Source: Myxococcota bacterium | GTDB taxonomy: Bacteria; Myxococcota_A; Polyangia; Nannocystales; Nannocystaceae | NCBI GenBank assembly: GCA_039028615.1 | Contig: JBCCHT010000001.1 | Location: forward strand, 320,001 to 384,000 | Length of the DNA stretch: 64,000 nucleotides | Direction of reading: 5' to 3' | Shown here: positions 30,799-39,944 of the stretch, piece after piece | Layout: each line of letters opens with the position of its first letter | Position numbering within the stretch: the stretch's first letter is position 1 | Notes under the pieces: model-generated | Databases searched by the model: none | What the model was told of the DNA's origin: nothing | Seen by the model: the letters and a program-made list of their open reading frames with translations, nothing else | Program-made: the position numbers and the translations under genes

Positions 30799-31989
30799 AT
30801 GAGCAACATCCGCGTAACGCTGGCCATTCACTGGGAAGGTCGTCACCTCGACGGCGTCAAGCACTTCGCACAAGACCGCAAGCGCCTGATCCCGGGAATC
30901 CCCGTCACTCACTTCGTCTCGGCCGCCTACTTTGCCCGCGGCGGTGACATCGAGGAAATCGTCAAAGCCATGCTCCCGGCGTTCGAGAGCAATGACGAAA
31001 TCGCGCTGCACGTGCCCGCCTGGCAGAGCATTCGCGGGGCGAGGCACGAGCCGAGCCGCTCGGTCATCGTCGGTGACGACCCCGAGCTGGTCGTCGAGTA
31101 CCCCGGCATCACGGCGCAGCCCGACCGCGGCTACACCTACCCGATTTCGGCGTACGAGAAGCCGTCGATCGAGTCCTTCATCGTCACCTCCAAGCTGCTG
31201 CTGCGGCCCCTGCTGCAGGCGGTGGTGCTGCGGCGCGGGCTGAACATCGAACGAGTACTGCGAGGCATCCGAGCCGGCCACGGCATGGCCTCCGACGTGT
31301 TCTTGGTCGCCGCCTGCAACTCCGGCTTCAAGTACGACGCGTCGGGGATGGACGCGGTGTGGGCCCGCGACTCGGCCGACCGCGCCGAAGCGGAGGCCAA
31401 GCGAGGCGAGCAACTCTTCGCTCCGCTATGGCGCCATTGGGCCGACCTTTGGGGCTCGACCGAACAGAACGAGCCGCACCTCAGCAACCACGGCATGCGA
31501 GCAGGCACGGGGGGCGCGGGCATCAACGCCAGCACGCAGCCCTTCTTCATCGCTCGCGCCGGCGGCTCGCAGCTGCTCGAGCTGCCGGTCAATGGCGGGG
31601 TCGTGCCCCCGGCGAGCCCGCAGCACGTCGCCGAGCTGCTCACCAATGCGCTCGAGTCTCCCCCGGGAGTCCCGCGGATCGTGAGCATCGCCCTGCGCCA
31701 GGAGACGGCCGAGCACAGCCTCGACGCACTGATGGCGGTCGAGGCCCTGCACTCCCAGCGCATCCGGTGGACCACCAACGTCGACCTGCTCGAGGCGTTG
31801 CTCGGCAAGCCGGCCATCGCCGAGCCCGAGCCCCAGCGCCCCTTCCAAGTCATCCGCGAGCAGATGGCCAAGCACCTCCCCATCAACGTTCCGCTCGCGC
31901 AGCACGGCGCACCTCCGCAGGCGCCGGCCGGGCCCGTCGCCCCGCCCGTCGTGATTCCGAGCATTCAGGTTCCGCAGATCAAGACCTGA
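30799..31989 (+). CDS. Polysaccharide deacetylase (NodB/CE4)-like protein, metal motifs degenerate
   Basis: VTLAIHWEG, PVTHFVS, EIALHVPAW, IRAG, GFKYDAS and LLELPVN. Confidence 0.55.
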   Translation: MSNIRVTLAIHWEGRHLDGVKHFAQDRKRLIPGIPVTHFVSAAYFARGGDIEEIVKAMLPAFESNDEIALHVPAWQSIRGARHEPSRSVIVGDDPELVVEYPGITAQPDRGYTYPISAYEKPSIESFIVTSKLLLRPLLQAVVLRRGLNIERVLRGIRAGHGMASDVFLVAACNSGFKYDASGMDAVWARDSADRAEAEAKRGEQLFAPLWRHWADLWGSTEQNEPHLSNHGMRAGTGGAGINASTQPFFIARAGGSQLLELPVNGGVVPPASPQHVAELLTNALESPPGVPRIVSIALRQETAEHSLDALMAVEALHSQRIRWTTNVDLLEALLGKPAIAEPEPQRPFQVIREQMAKHLPINVPLAQHGAPPQAPAGPVAPPVVIPSIQVPQIKT

Positions 31990-32066
31990 ACGCCCACCCC
32001 CCGTGCGGGGGGTGACCACAGCGCCTCGTTCGAGCGATTGTCGAAGCATCGCCCCGAGGGGGCGCG

Positions 32067-33734
32067 ATGTCGATGGCGGATGACGAGAGCACGGGGCACC
32101 GACTCGACCACGACTCCCTGCGGAGCGAGCTCGAGCAGGAAGTCGTGGCGATGAGCCTGTACCTCACCGGGGGCGGAGAGTCGCTGCCTCCCGAGGTCCT
32201 GCCCATCCTGCGAGCGCTGGACGACGGTGCGAAGGTCGTGCCCTTCTCGCACCTCGCCCCCGCCCACTCGGCCCTGGCCAACCTCGCTGCGCCCGCTTCT
32301 CCTCGCGCCCTCGTCGTCCTCAATCGCCACGGGGCCTTCGAGGGTCGACGCACCTACCGGCTGCTGCCGCTGTCGCGGGCCATGATGGCGGTGGCCGTCA
32401 TCTCGATGCTCGGCCTGGTGTTGGTCGGCACCTCTCCGCTCGTCGGGCCCGATCCGACCCTCGCCAACCCCACGCTGTCCTCGGGGCTGCCGCTGCTGGT
32501 CAATCAAGTCTTCTTCATGTTCGCGTCGGCGCTCGGCGCCGCCTTCCACGGCCTGTTCAGCCTCAACCGACACATCACCGAGGCCACCTACGACCCTCGC
32601 TACGACTCCAGCTACTGGACCCGGCTCGTCCTCGGCATCATCGCGGGCACCATCTTGTGTCTGGTGGTCAAGGTCCCCCCCGACAGCTCGCTGTACGGCG
32701 TCGGGCGTCACATCATCGCGCTCCTCGGCGGGTTCTCGGCCGGCCTCGTCCATCGCGTCCTCAATCGTCTCGTCTCCACCGTCGAAGGGTTGTTCGAGTC
32801 CGATCCAAAGAGCGCCCGACGAAAGAGCGAGGCCGTGGCCGGCATCGCGCAGCGAAACGCCCGCGACGAGCAACGGATCCAAGCCGCGTCGACGTTGCTG
32901 GACCTCCAGTCGAAGATCAGCGACGGAACGAGCGCCTCCGAGTTACGGGCTGAGCTGGGCAGAGCCGCCAATGCTCTCCGAGCGGGGTTCCCCTCTCCGC
33001 GCCCCCACCATGACGAGGGGAGCTCCGCGGACTCGCGCTCGGGTGAGCCCGACGAAACAGAGCCGAGCGCCTCACCCTCGGCACCGACGGATGACTCGAG
33101 CGCCGAGAGTGCCGACGCGCCCGTTGCCCCCGCTCCCGCCGCGGCCTCCCCAGCGGCACCCGTCGAGCCCGATCCGCCGGCCGCTCCCGCTTCGACCGCA
33201 CAGACTCACGCTCCCGCACCAGCCGCCCCTGCCCCTGCTGCACCCGTCTCTCCGCCTGCTCCCACGGCGCCCGTCGTCGCTCCCGCTCCCGCTCCTGCGG
33301 CCCCTGCTCCCGCTCCTGCGGCCCCTGCTCCCGCTCCTGCGGCCCCTCCCGTCGCTGCGCACGTTCCTGCGCCTGCGCCTGCTCCTGCTCCACCTCCCGT
33401 CGCTGCCCCCGTTCCTGCGCCTGCTCCTGCTCCACCTCCCGTCGCTGCCCCCGTTCCCGCGCCTGCGCCTGCGCCTACTGCACCTCCCGTCGCTGCGCCC
33501 GTTCCTGCGCCTGCGCCTGCTGCACCTCCTGTCGCTGCCCCCGTTCCCGCGCCTGCGCCTGCGCCTGCTGCACCTCCCGTCGCTGCGCCCGTTCCTGCTC
33601 CACCTCCCGTCGCTGCGCCCGTTCCTGCTCCGGCTGCACCTGCTGTCGCCGCCCCCGTTCCCGCGCCAACCGTTCAACCTGCTCCCGCTCCCGCCCCGAC
33701 CGCGGCCCCTGCTCCCACTCCTCACCAAACCTGA
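32067..33734 (+). CDS. Membrane protein (about four TM helices) with long Pro/Ala/Val-rich tail
   Basis: SALGAAF...YDPRY..SYWTRLVLGIIAG...ALLGGFSA; (PPVAAPVPAPA)n at ~33290-33720. Confidence 0.8.
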   Translation: MSMADDESTGHRLDHDSLRSELEQEVVAMSLYLTGGGESLPPEVLPILRALDDGAKVVPFSHLAPAHSALANLAAPASPRALVVLNRHGAFEGRRTYRLLPLSRAMMAVAVISMLGLVLVGTSPLVGPDPTLANPTLSSGLPLLVNQVFFMFASALGAAFHGLFSLNRHITEATYDPRYDSSYWTRLVLGIIAGTILCLVVKVPPDSSLYGVGRHIIALLGGFSAGLVHRVLNRLVSTVEGLFESDPKSARRKSEAVAGIAQRNARDEQRIQAASTLLDLQSKISDGTSASELRAELGRAANALRAGFPSPRPHHDEGSSADSRSGEPDETEPSASPSAPTDDSSAESADAPVAPAPAAASPAAPVEPDPPAAPASTAQTHAPAPAAPAPAAPVSPPAPTAPVVAPAPAPAAPAPAPAAPAPAPAAPPVAAHVPAPAPAPAPPPVAAPVPAPAPAPPPVAAPVPAPAPAPTAPPVAAPVPAPAPAAPPVAAPVPAPAPAPAAPPVAAPVPAPPPVAAPVPAPAAPAVAAPVPAPTVQPAPAPAPTAAPAPTPHQT

Positions 33735-33847
33735 ACCGTCGAGCGGTCTCGGGGCCCGAGACGTCGCGAGGCACGGCCTCGCGTCACAGCGGAACGAGAG
33801 CCCGAGTTGACGGCCCAACACCGCCACTGCGAACGTAGTAGGTGCCC

Positions 33848-34519
33848 ATGTCGATCCGTAGACAGCTCGAGAAGACGCTCCGCCAACACCTCGGGTTCGC
33901 GGAGGTCACGTGGCCGACGTTCGGCATGCAAGTCAAAGTAGGCGACGCCGCCCGCTCTGGACGCGACGGGTTCGAGTTCTCCGGCCTCGGGAACCTGCTC
34001 CAGCGCTACGACCTCGATCCCGAGCGCTACCAGCCCATGGAGGAGGCACCGAGCATCGACATCGAGTTCAGCCATCAGGTGAGTCGAAGCTCGAGCCTCG
34101 CGGCCCAGTACCGCGCCGGCCAGACCGACGTGAAGGTCGACCTGCACTTCGAAACCGACACCGCGTTCTATCTGTTCGTGCCCAAGGCTCGCATTCGAAG
34201 CCTGCGAGACGTCGACTCGCTGGCATCCGACCTCCACCGGGCCTCTCAATCGCAGGGGAACCGAGTCCGCCTTCGTGAGCGCATCGTCTACAAGACCATC
34301 GAAGCAGAAGGACCCGGAACTCTGCTGATGTCGCAAGGCCGCAACACTCGAGCGCAGCTGGGCGCCGACCTCGGGAAGAAAGGCGGCGTGCTCCAGCTCA
34401 GCGGAGCCTCGGGCAACGTCACGCAGCTCAACGTCGAGGGGCCCTCATCGGTCTTCGCCTTCGGCGTCTTCCGACTCGCCGTCGGCCGGCGACACTACGT
34501 CCTCGACCCCGTCGACTGA
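33848..34519 (+). CDS. Gasdermin-like pore-forming protein (223 aa, tentative)
   Basis: WP...VKVGD...F..LGNL; amphipathic hairpins IDIEFSHQVSRSSSLAAQ/VKVDLHF; IVYKTIEA; C-terminal VFAFGVFRL. Order resembles bacterial/fungal gasdermins; judged by eye only. Confidence 0.55.
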   Translation: MSIRRQLEKTLRQHLGFAEVTWPTFGMQVKVGDAARSGRDGFEFSGLGNLLQRYDLDPERYQPMEEAPSIDIEFSHQVSRSSSLAAQYRAGQTDVKVDLHFETDTAFYLFVPKARIRSLRDVDSLASDLHRASQSQGNRVRLRERIVYKTIEAEGPGTLLMSQGRNTRAQLGADLGKKGGVLQLSGASGNVTQLNVEGPSSVFAFGVFRLAVGRRHYVLDPVD

Positions 34520-35845
34520 CGGGGGCCGCGGGTCGACGGTCCGCCCGGGCATCGAGCTGAACGCCACCTGGTCCGCCTCGTCGTCGATGAGATAAGCGTA
34601 GGGCGTCGCGTCGATGTCGGCATAGACCGCCCGCAACCGCTCGCTCTGCTCCACCGTCGGCATGGCTTCGATCCGCTGCCGCCCGGTGCCGAAGTCGAAC
34701 ACGTAGCGATAGCGCTGGTAGTAGGCTCGCCGGGGCGTTCGCATCTCCACCGACCGCAGGCTCTCGCGCATGCACTCGTCGGTCGCGGCATCGCCGATGG
34801 TGTCCTCGGTGACCGAGACGTCGTCGAACACCATCGCGACATCGGGTTCCCCGACCAGCGTCCCTTCGAGCACCAGGCGTCCCTCGTCGCGCCCGCCCAG
34901 CGAGACGAGGCAATCGTTGAACACCTCCAGCTCTTCGGCGATCTGTCGGTTGGTGTCGACAATGAGCTCGAGCATGGCCGCCGCATCGGGATTACTCGGT
35001 ATGGGCAGCCCATAGCGAGCGAGCATCGCCCCGGGCTCGGGCTCGGGCTCGGACGACGCGGCCTTCGACTGGACGGCACGAGCCTCGACCCCACGCGCTC
35101 CCGAGACCTTCGCGGACGGAGGAGCAGCAGCCGAAGCGTCGACAGGATGGGGTGTTCCGGCCGTAGGCGGCGGAGTGGCGGCGCCATCCTCAGGCCCCGC
35201 AGCCGTGGTCGTGGCCGCGGACGACTCGTCCGCCGAGGAGTAGGTCCAGGCGATGGTGGTCGCAACGATGGCAGCGGCAGCGAGGCCGAGCTTGGCAGAG
35301 TTCATGGTGATGCTCGCAGTCTTCAGCGGAGAGGGCAGCCACCCCAGGGGCAGCCATGCGGACAAGCGTTCGAAGAGCGGCTCGGCCTCCACACCGAGCT
35401 CGCGACGAAGCCGAGCGACCGCGCGCGACAGCCGAGTCCGAGCCGTCGAGGGTCGCAGCCCCAGCTCGGCGGCCAGCTCCGGCGCGCTGCGTTCCTCGTA
35501 GTAGCGCCCCACCACCAGTCGCCGATCGGTCGGATCGAGGGCCCTCAGGGCCGCGGCCAGGCGCTGCAGCTGCTGCTCGAGCTGGGCGCGGGCCTCTGGA
35601 GTCGACACCGAACCCGACTCGGCCACTGCCTGCTCCCGTCGTCGCCGACGCTCTCGGCTGCGCCACCGAGAGACGGCCCGGTTGCGCATCACCCCTGCGA
35701 TCCACGAGCGGGGTGCACGAGCGTCGTCACCCGCCCGCCACGCGGCAATGCGTGCCTCCTGCACCAGATCATCGACATCGAACGCCCCGGGGGCGATCTG
35801 GTGCGCCATGCGGCGCAGGTCGCTCGTAGAAACCTCGGACTGCAT
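34445..35845 (-). CDS. ECF sigma factor fused to a TM segment and extracytoplasmic domain
   Basis: DDLVQEA, SWIAGVMRN and ELAAELGLRPSTARTRLSRA, then a TM helix and a domain with two Cys. Confidence 0.85.
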   Translation of the reverse strand: MQSEVSTSDLRRMAHQIAPGAFDVDDLVQEARIAAWRAGDDARAPRSWIAGVMRNRAVSRWRSRERRRRREQAVAESGSVSTPEARAQLEQQLQRLAAALRALDPTDRRLVVGRYYEERSAPELAAELGLRPSTARTRLSRAVARLRRELGVEAEPLFERLSAWLPLGWLPSPLKTASITMNSAKLGLAAAAIVATTIAWTYSSADESSAATTTAAGPEDGAATPPPTAGTPHPVDASAAAPPSAKVSGARGVEARAVQSKAASSEPEPEPGAMLARYGLPIPSNPDAAAMLELIVDTNRQIAEELEVFNDCLVSLGGRDEGRLVLEGTLVGEPDVAMVFDDVSVTEDTIGDAATDECMRESLRSVEMRTPRRAYYQRYRYVFDFGTGRQRIEAMPTVEQSERLRAVYADIDATPYAYLIDDEADQVAFSSMPGRTVDPRPPSVDGVEDVVSPADGESEDAEGEDR

Positions 35846-35971
35846 CTGCGGCTTCGTCACCTCCTGGTCGTCACCACCGAGCCGAGTGTCCCACGCCATC
35901 GAAAAAAAGATCGACAAGCGCCACCCCGGAAGTCCGGGATGGCGCCCATGACGCGCTCTTCGCGTCCAGGC

Positions 35972-37516
35972 TCAGCCCACGCTGGCCGATGCGCCCTCTA
36001 CCGCGCCCGCGTCCATCGGGCTGCACTCGCTCGGTGCATGGCAACACCGAGGCGACGCGGGGACCACGATGCCGCGCTCGCACATCGACGTGAAGTCGTT
36101 GCGCACCGCCTGCGCCAAAAAGTGCGACGAATCCCCGAACGGCACGAAGGACTCCGGCACCTCGATCGTCGTCGTGGACAGGATCCAGTTGTGAGGCTGC
36201 TTGGCCCACCGCTCCGGGGCCCCCGTGGGGTACATCGATGCGACGGGCCGTCCCGCTTGCTCGAACAGATCGAGCCACGCCTTCTGCCCCTCGCTGCCCA
36301 GCGTGATGATGGTGTTGGCGAGCACCAGCTCTGCGGACTGGACCACGCGAGCGAGGAAGCCCGGCTCGCTGAGCAGCGGCGGAGGCTCGGGCACGCCGGT
36401 GAAGACGTCGAGGAGCACGAAGTCGTAGTGCTGCCCTCCCGACTCGAACACGTCGCGTGCGTCCGCCTGCACGATCTCCAGCCGCCCTTGCCGACGCAGT
36501 CGAGCCAGCCGCGGAAAGTACTTCTGCGCCATGTCGATGAGTGCGCCGTCGATCTCGACCACACGCAGGGTCATCTCGGGGAAGTTGCTCAACAACGAGA
36601 TCGCTCCCGCGCCGCTGCCCAAGCCGAGCATCAAGCCGTGCCCCTTCGGGTGACGACACCCCGCGAGCAACCACCCGGTCGTGAAGGGGCTGTAGGCGAA
36701 GGGGCCCGGCTGGGGCTGGTCGTCGTCGGAGCTCAGGTACATCGCCCCCTGGCACTGCTTGCCGATGAACAGGGCCCGCATGTCCTCGTCCTCGAGCACC
36801 CGCAGCACGTCGAAGGTCCCTTCCGCCTTGCACAGCTCGCGCGCCACCGATCCCGGCGGCGCATTGTCTCCCCCCGACTGACGCAGGCGCGCCATGCAAA
36901 AGCGCGCCTCCTCGTGCCGACCGAACTTGCGCAGCAGCAGCCCTCGGTTGAGCCACGCGTTGGCCAGCTGAGGATGCACCGCCAGCGCGCGCTCGTAGTG
37001 CTCCAGGGCCTCGCTCGCGTCCCCCATGCGCTGACGGGCATAGCCGGCATTGAAGTGGCACTCCGGGCGATCGGGATAGCTCCTCGCGAGCGCTTCGGCC
37101 GAGATCACCGCTTCCGCGTCGTCGCCCCGGTGCAGCAGGCACAGCGTGTGCGAGAGCCCCTGCTCGAGCTCGGGCGGCGGCAGCAGGGTCTCGACCTCAC
37201 TGAGCGCCTGTACGGCCGGCATGCACTCGTGGTCCGCCTCGCGCAGCAGATCGTTGAGCACCACGAAGATCGGCATCGACAGGCCACACGAGCACGTGTG
37301 AGCGACCGTCGAGTACACCAAGGGCCCCAGCTCGTGACCGACCGGTCCCTCCTTCCAGCGACTCGCGAATCCGTCATCGATCCGCCCGCACGCCGGACAG
37401 GTATGATGCACCAGCATCTCCGCCAGCTGCTGCGAAGACGACGGCTGATAGGCCCCACGTAGGGAATAGCCCTGATCGATGGGGCGCGACTCGAGGATGG
37501 AATCGGACCACTTCAC
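35972..37516 (-). CDS. Cys-motif + TPR + spermidine-synthase-like methyltransferase
   Basis: CPAC...CSC, TPRs (HFNAG...ALAVHP..ANAWLNRG), LGLGSGAG, VEIDG, ADA and DFVLLDVF. Confidence 0.8.
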   Translation of the reverse strand: MKWSDSILESRPIDQGYSLRGAYQPSSSQQLAEMLVHHTCPACGRIDDGFASRWKEGPVGHELGPLVYSTVAHTCSCGLSMPIFVVLNDLLREADHECMPAVQALSEVETLLPPPELEQGLSHTLCLLHRGDDAEAVISAEALARSYPDRPECHFNAGYARQRMGDASEALEHYERALAVHPQLANAWLNRGLLLRKFGRHEEARFCMARLRQSGGDNAPPGSVARELCKAEGTFDVLRVLEDEDMRALFIGKQCQGAMYLSSDDDQPQPGPFAYSPFTTGWLLAGCRHPKGHGLMLGLGSGAGAISLLSNFPEMTLRVVEIDGALIDMAQKYFPRLARLRRQGRLEIVQADARDVFESGGQHYDFVLLDVFTGVPEPPPLLSEPGFLARVVQSAELVLANTIITLGSEGQKAWLDLFEQAGRPVASMYPTGAPERWAKQPHNWILSTTTIEVPESFVPFGDSSHFLAQAVRNDFTSMCERGIVVPASPRCCHAPSECSPMDAGAVEGASASVG

Positions 37517-37524
37517 GTTGGATC

Positions 37525-37579
37525 GACGCGCAACGGCCCTCATCGTGAAGGTTCTTCACAGCACCCGTGCCGGGTCGTC
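37525..37579. promoter_or_regulatory. Back-to-back TCAC(A/G)-N15-CGTC promoter motifs
   Basis: Plus: TCACA(37556)-N15-CGTC(37576). Minus: TCACG(37548)-N15-CGTC(37528). Confidence 0.7.
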
Positions 37580-37593
37580 CCTTGGAATGCACG

Positions 37594-37932
37594 ATGCCCA
37601 ACGACGGCGAAGACGTCTGCGTCCTTCCGCAGACCGAGATGATGCATCCCGACGAGTCGGATCTCCCGCGGAGGTTCGTATCGAGCGACGAGTTCTTCGG
37701 CTGGCTGCGCGACCATCTCGTGGAGGAAGGTCGCCTCACCGAGGCCGAGGAGGAGACCTGCGAGCTGCTGCTCCTGGGCCGCAACTACCTCGAGATCGCC
37801 GCCGCACGCCGCGTCTCCATCGAGACCATCAAGTGGCACGTCAAACGAATCCTGCGCAAGCTCGGCGTGGGCTCCACCCGAGAGCTTCTGTGGGTGGTCG
37901 GCTACCGAATCGACCGCAAGAGCCTGTCGTAG
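37594..37932 (+). CDS. LuxR-type HTH transcription regulator
   Basis: LTEAEEETCELLLLGRNYLEIAAARRVSIETIKWHVKRILRKLGV. Confidence 0.9.
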   Translation: MPNDGEDVCVLPQTEMMHPDESDLPRRFVSSDEFFGWLRDHLVEEGRLTEAEEETCELLLLGRNYLEIAAARRVSIETIKWHVKRILRKLGVGSTRELLWVVGYRIDRKSLS

Positions 37933-38074
37933 GGCCGGCGACGGAGAACTCGAGGCACGACGACGCCGCGGGAGCAAAGCGCTCGACCGCGGCGTCGATG
38001 ATGGATCCACGAAAACGCCGGCCAACGGGAGGCGCGACGTTCCACGGATGGAAGCGAGGCCTGGCGATGGCCAG

Positions 38075-38587
38075 CTACTCTTGCGGGGCTGGTGCTGGCG
38101 CGGGTGCAGGAGCCGGCGCGGGTGCAGGTGCTGGCGCGGGTGCAGGGGCTGGCGCCGGTGCAGGGGCTGGCGCGGGTGCAGGAGCTGGCGCGGGTGCAGG
38201 AGCTGGCGCGGGTGCAGGAGCCGGCGCGGGTGCAGGGGCGGGCGCGGGTGCGGGTGCGGGTGCGGGCTCCGGCTCGACCGGCGAGAGGGTCAAGATGCCC
38301 TCGACCTGGATCTTCGTGCAGCAACAGCACTGCGGATTGACGTAGAGTTCCGCCATCGCCACCCGATCGGTGGCCGTGGTGGTGGAGTAGTAGATCGCCT
38401 GCGCAAGGCTGAAGATGCCGTCTTCCACCGCCAGCGAGTCGTCTTCGTCGCTGTTGCGCGACCGCGGGTACACCACTTCGGCGGTCGTGCCATCGTCGTT
38501 GACGACGTTGAACTGGAGGCGGTTGTAGCGTCGGGCGCTCGCGATCAGGCCGGTGATCTGGATCTTCTTCGTGACCATGTCGTGCAT
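38075..38587 (-). CDS. Hypothetical protein with CCCC motif and long (Pro-Ala)n tail
   Basis: GC3-rich ORF; NPQCCCCTK; about 30 PA dipeptides. Confidence 0.8.
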   Translation of the reverse strand: MHDMVTKKIQITGLIASARRYNRLQFNVVNDDGTTAEVVYPRSRNSDEDDSLAVEDGIFSLAQAIYYSTTTATDRVAMAELYVNPQCCCCTKIQVEGILTLSPVEPEPAPAPAPAPAPAPAPAPAPAPAPAPAPAPAPAPAPAPAPAPAPAPAPAPAPAPAPAPAPAPQE

Positions 38588-38757
38588 CCTCGCGAGGGCT
38601 CCGCGACCCTACCGTGGGTCCTGCGGGCGCCTCGTGCTCGTCCACCATCGTACTTGGATGCGCACGATCAGCAGCCCCCCCTTTACGGGGGCTCGTGCGC
38701 ATCTTCGCTGGGCCCCCCTTGTGAGGGGTGGCCCCCTGACTCGTCGTCGCTACGATT

Positions 38758-39294
38758 TCATTCGGCGTCGGTATCGTCGGCAGCCGGTTTCGGCTGCATG
38801 CCGGGGAACTGCAGCGCGGGATAGCCGTTCAGGATGTGATCGGCCGCCCGGGTGATCATGCGGCGAGCCGGCCGATACCCGAACTCGGGATCGATCATGT
38901 CCTCAATGTACTCGTCGACCGCCGATGGTTCCGGCAACTTCGGTGCGCTCATCGTCCGCAGCGGCCCCAACGCGGTCAACAGGACCATCAGGTCCGCGCT
39001 CGACTCCAGCGAGAGCTCGGCGAGCTGTTTCTCGCGCGTTGCCACCTTCTCGAGCAGCGCGGTGAGTTCCGCCGCCAACCGCCGTAGCTCCTCGAGCTCG
39101 GCGATTTCGGCCGCGGTCACCCCCCCTGGCTCCACGGCCTCGGCGACCGTTCGGGCCGCCTCTGCGACCCGACTCCCCCCCGTCGTGCCGTCATCGGCCG
39201 TGGTGCCTTCGTCCGTGGCACTCGTATCGGCCTCGGCCGTCGAGTCGGTCGAATCCGTTTGCGGGGAACGGGATCTGTTGCGGGGTCGGGCCAC
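38758..39294 (-). CDS. Hypothetical protein with coiled coil
   Basis: GTG 8 nt downstream of the promoter motif; ELEELRRLAAELTALLEKV...IDPEFGYRPARRMITRAADHILNGYP. Confidence 0.65.
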   Translation of the reverse strand: MARPRNRSRSPQTDSTDSTAEADTSATDEGTTADDGTTGGSRVAEAARTVAEAVEPGGVTAAEIAELEELRRLAAELTALLEKVATREKQLAELSLESSADLMVLLTALGPLRTMSAPKLPEPSAVDEYIEDMIDPEFGYRPARRMITRAADHILNGYPALQFPGMQPKPAADDTDAE

Positions 39295-39302
39295 AAAACC
39301 CT

Positions 39303-39326
39303 GACGACGGTCTCCGCGGTTTGTGA
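39303..39326 (-). promoter_or_regulatory. ECF-type promoter motif TCACA-N15-CGTC
   Basis: Minus strand: TCACA aaccgcggagaccgt CGTC ag. Confidence 0.7.
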
Positions 39327-39336
39327 AGGAGTTGTG

Positions 39337-39753
39337 ATGGCTGATTTCGATTTCACCAAGATCCCCGAGATCGTCGCCGAGCGCCTGAACACCGTGGCGG
39401 CCGATTGTCAGCAGCGCGGGCAGGACATGTTCGAGAAGGCCCTCGCCGACCAGCGCACGCTGCTCGGTGAACTCGCCACCCCCGCACAACCGCTCATGAC
39501 CGCCACCGGGACGTTCGTGACCCGGTTGGCGAATCCGCCACCCAAGCCCAAGCCCAAGCCCGGTCAGGGCGGTGACGAACCCGGGCCCGAGCCTGCGCCA
39601 GCGCCCGCGCCCGCCCCAGCTCCCGCGCCAGCTCCCGCGCCCGAACCCGAGCCGGCACCTGCGCCCGCCCCAGCGCCCGAACCCGAGCCGGCACCTGCGC
39701 CCGCGCCCGCCCCAGCTCCCGAACCTGCGCCCGCGCCCGCGCCCGAAGGCTGA
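39337..39753 (+). CDS. Hypothetical protein with (PA/PE)n tail
   Basis: ATG after AAGGAG; MADFDFTKIPEIVAERL... Confidence 0.8.
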   Translation: MADFDFTKIPEIVAERLNTVAADCQQRGQDMFEKALADQRTLLGELATPAQPLMTATGTFVTRLANPPPKPKPKPGQGGDEPGPEPAPAPAPAPAPAPAPAPEPEPAPAPAPAPEPEPAPAPAPAPAPEPAPAPAPEG

Positions 39754-39764
39754 ACGAGTCCGGC

Positions 39765-39944
39765 ATGGCCAGCTGGAAACTCGTCGATGTTCCCGACTCC
39801 GCCTCCGAGTACGTGGGCGAGATCCTCGAAGACTCGGGCAAGGTCGCCAAGTCGAATCTCACCAAGGAAGCGTCTCGGATCAATGAAGTCGCGGACACCG
39901 CCAAGGCGGTGATCATCATCCAGATCCTCGAGGCGGCGGGATGA
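39765..39944 (+). CDS. 59-aa protein missing from the ORF track
   Basis: MASWKLVDVPDSASEYVGEILEDSGKVAKSNLTKEASRINEVADTAKAVIIIQILEAAG; fills the gap and overlaps the next gene by ATGA. Confidence 0.75.
   Translation: MASWKLVDVPDSASEYVGEILEDSGKVAKSNLTKEASRINEVADTAKAVIIIQILEAAG

Noticed and set aside
28643..34519. Prophage lysis cassette
   Set aside because: No capsid, terminase, tail or integrase genes in the window.
37479..38345. Silk-like (GA)n ORF
   Set aside because: Antisense shadow of the (PA)n tail of 38075-38587.
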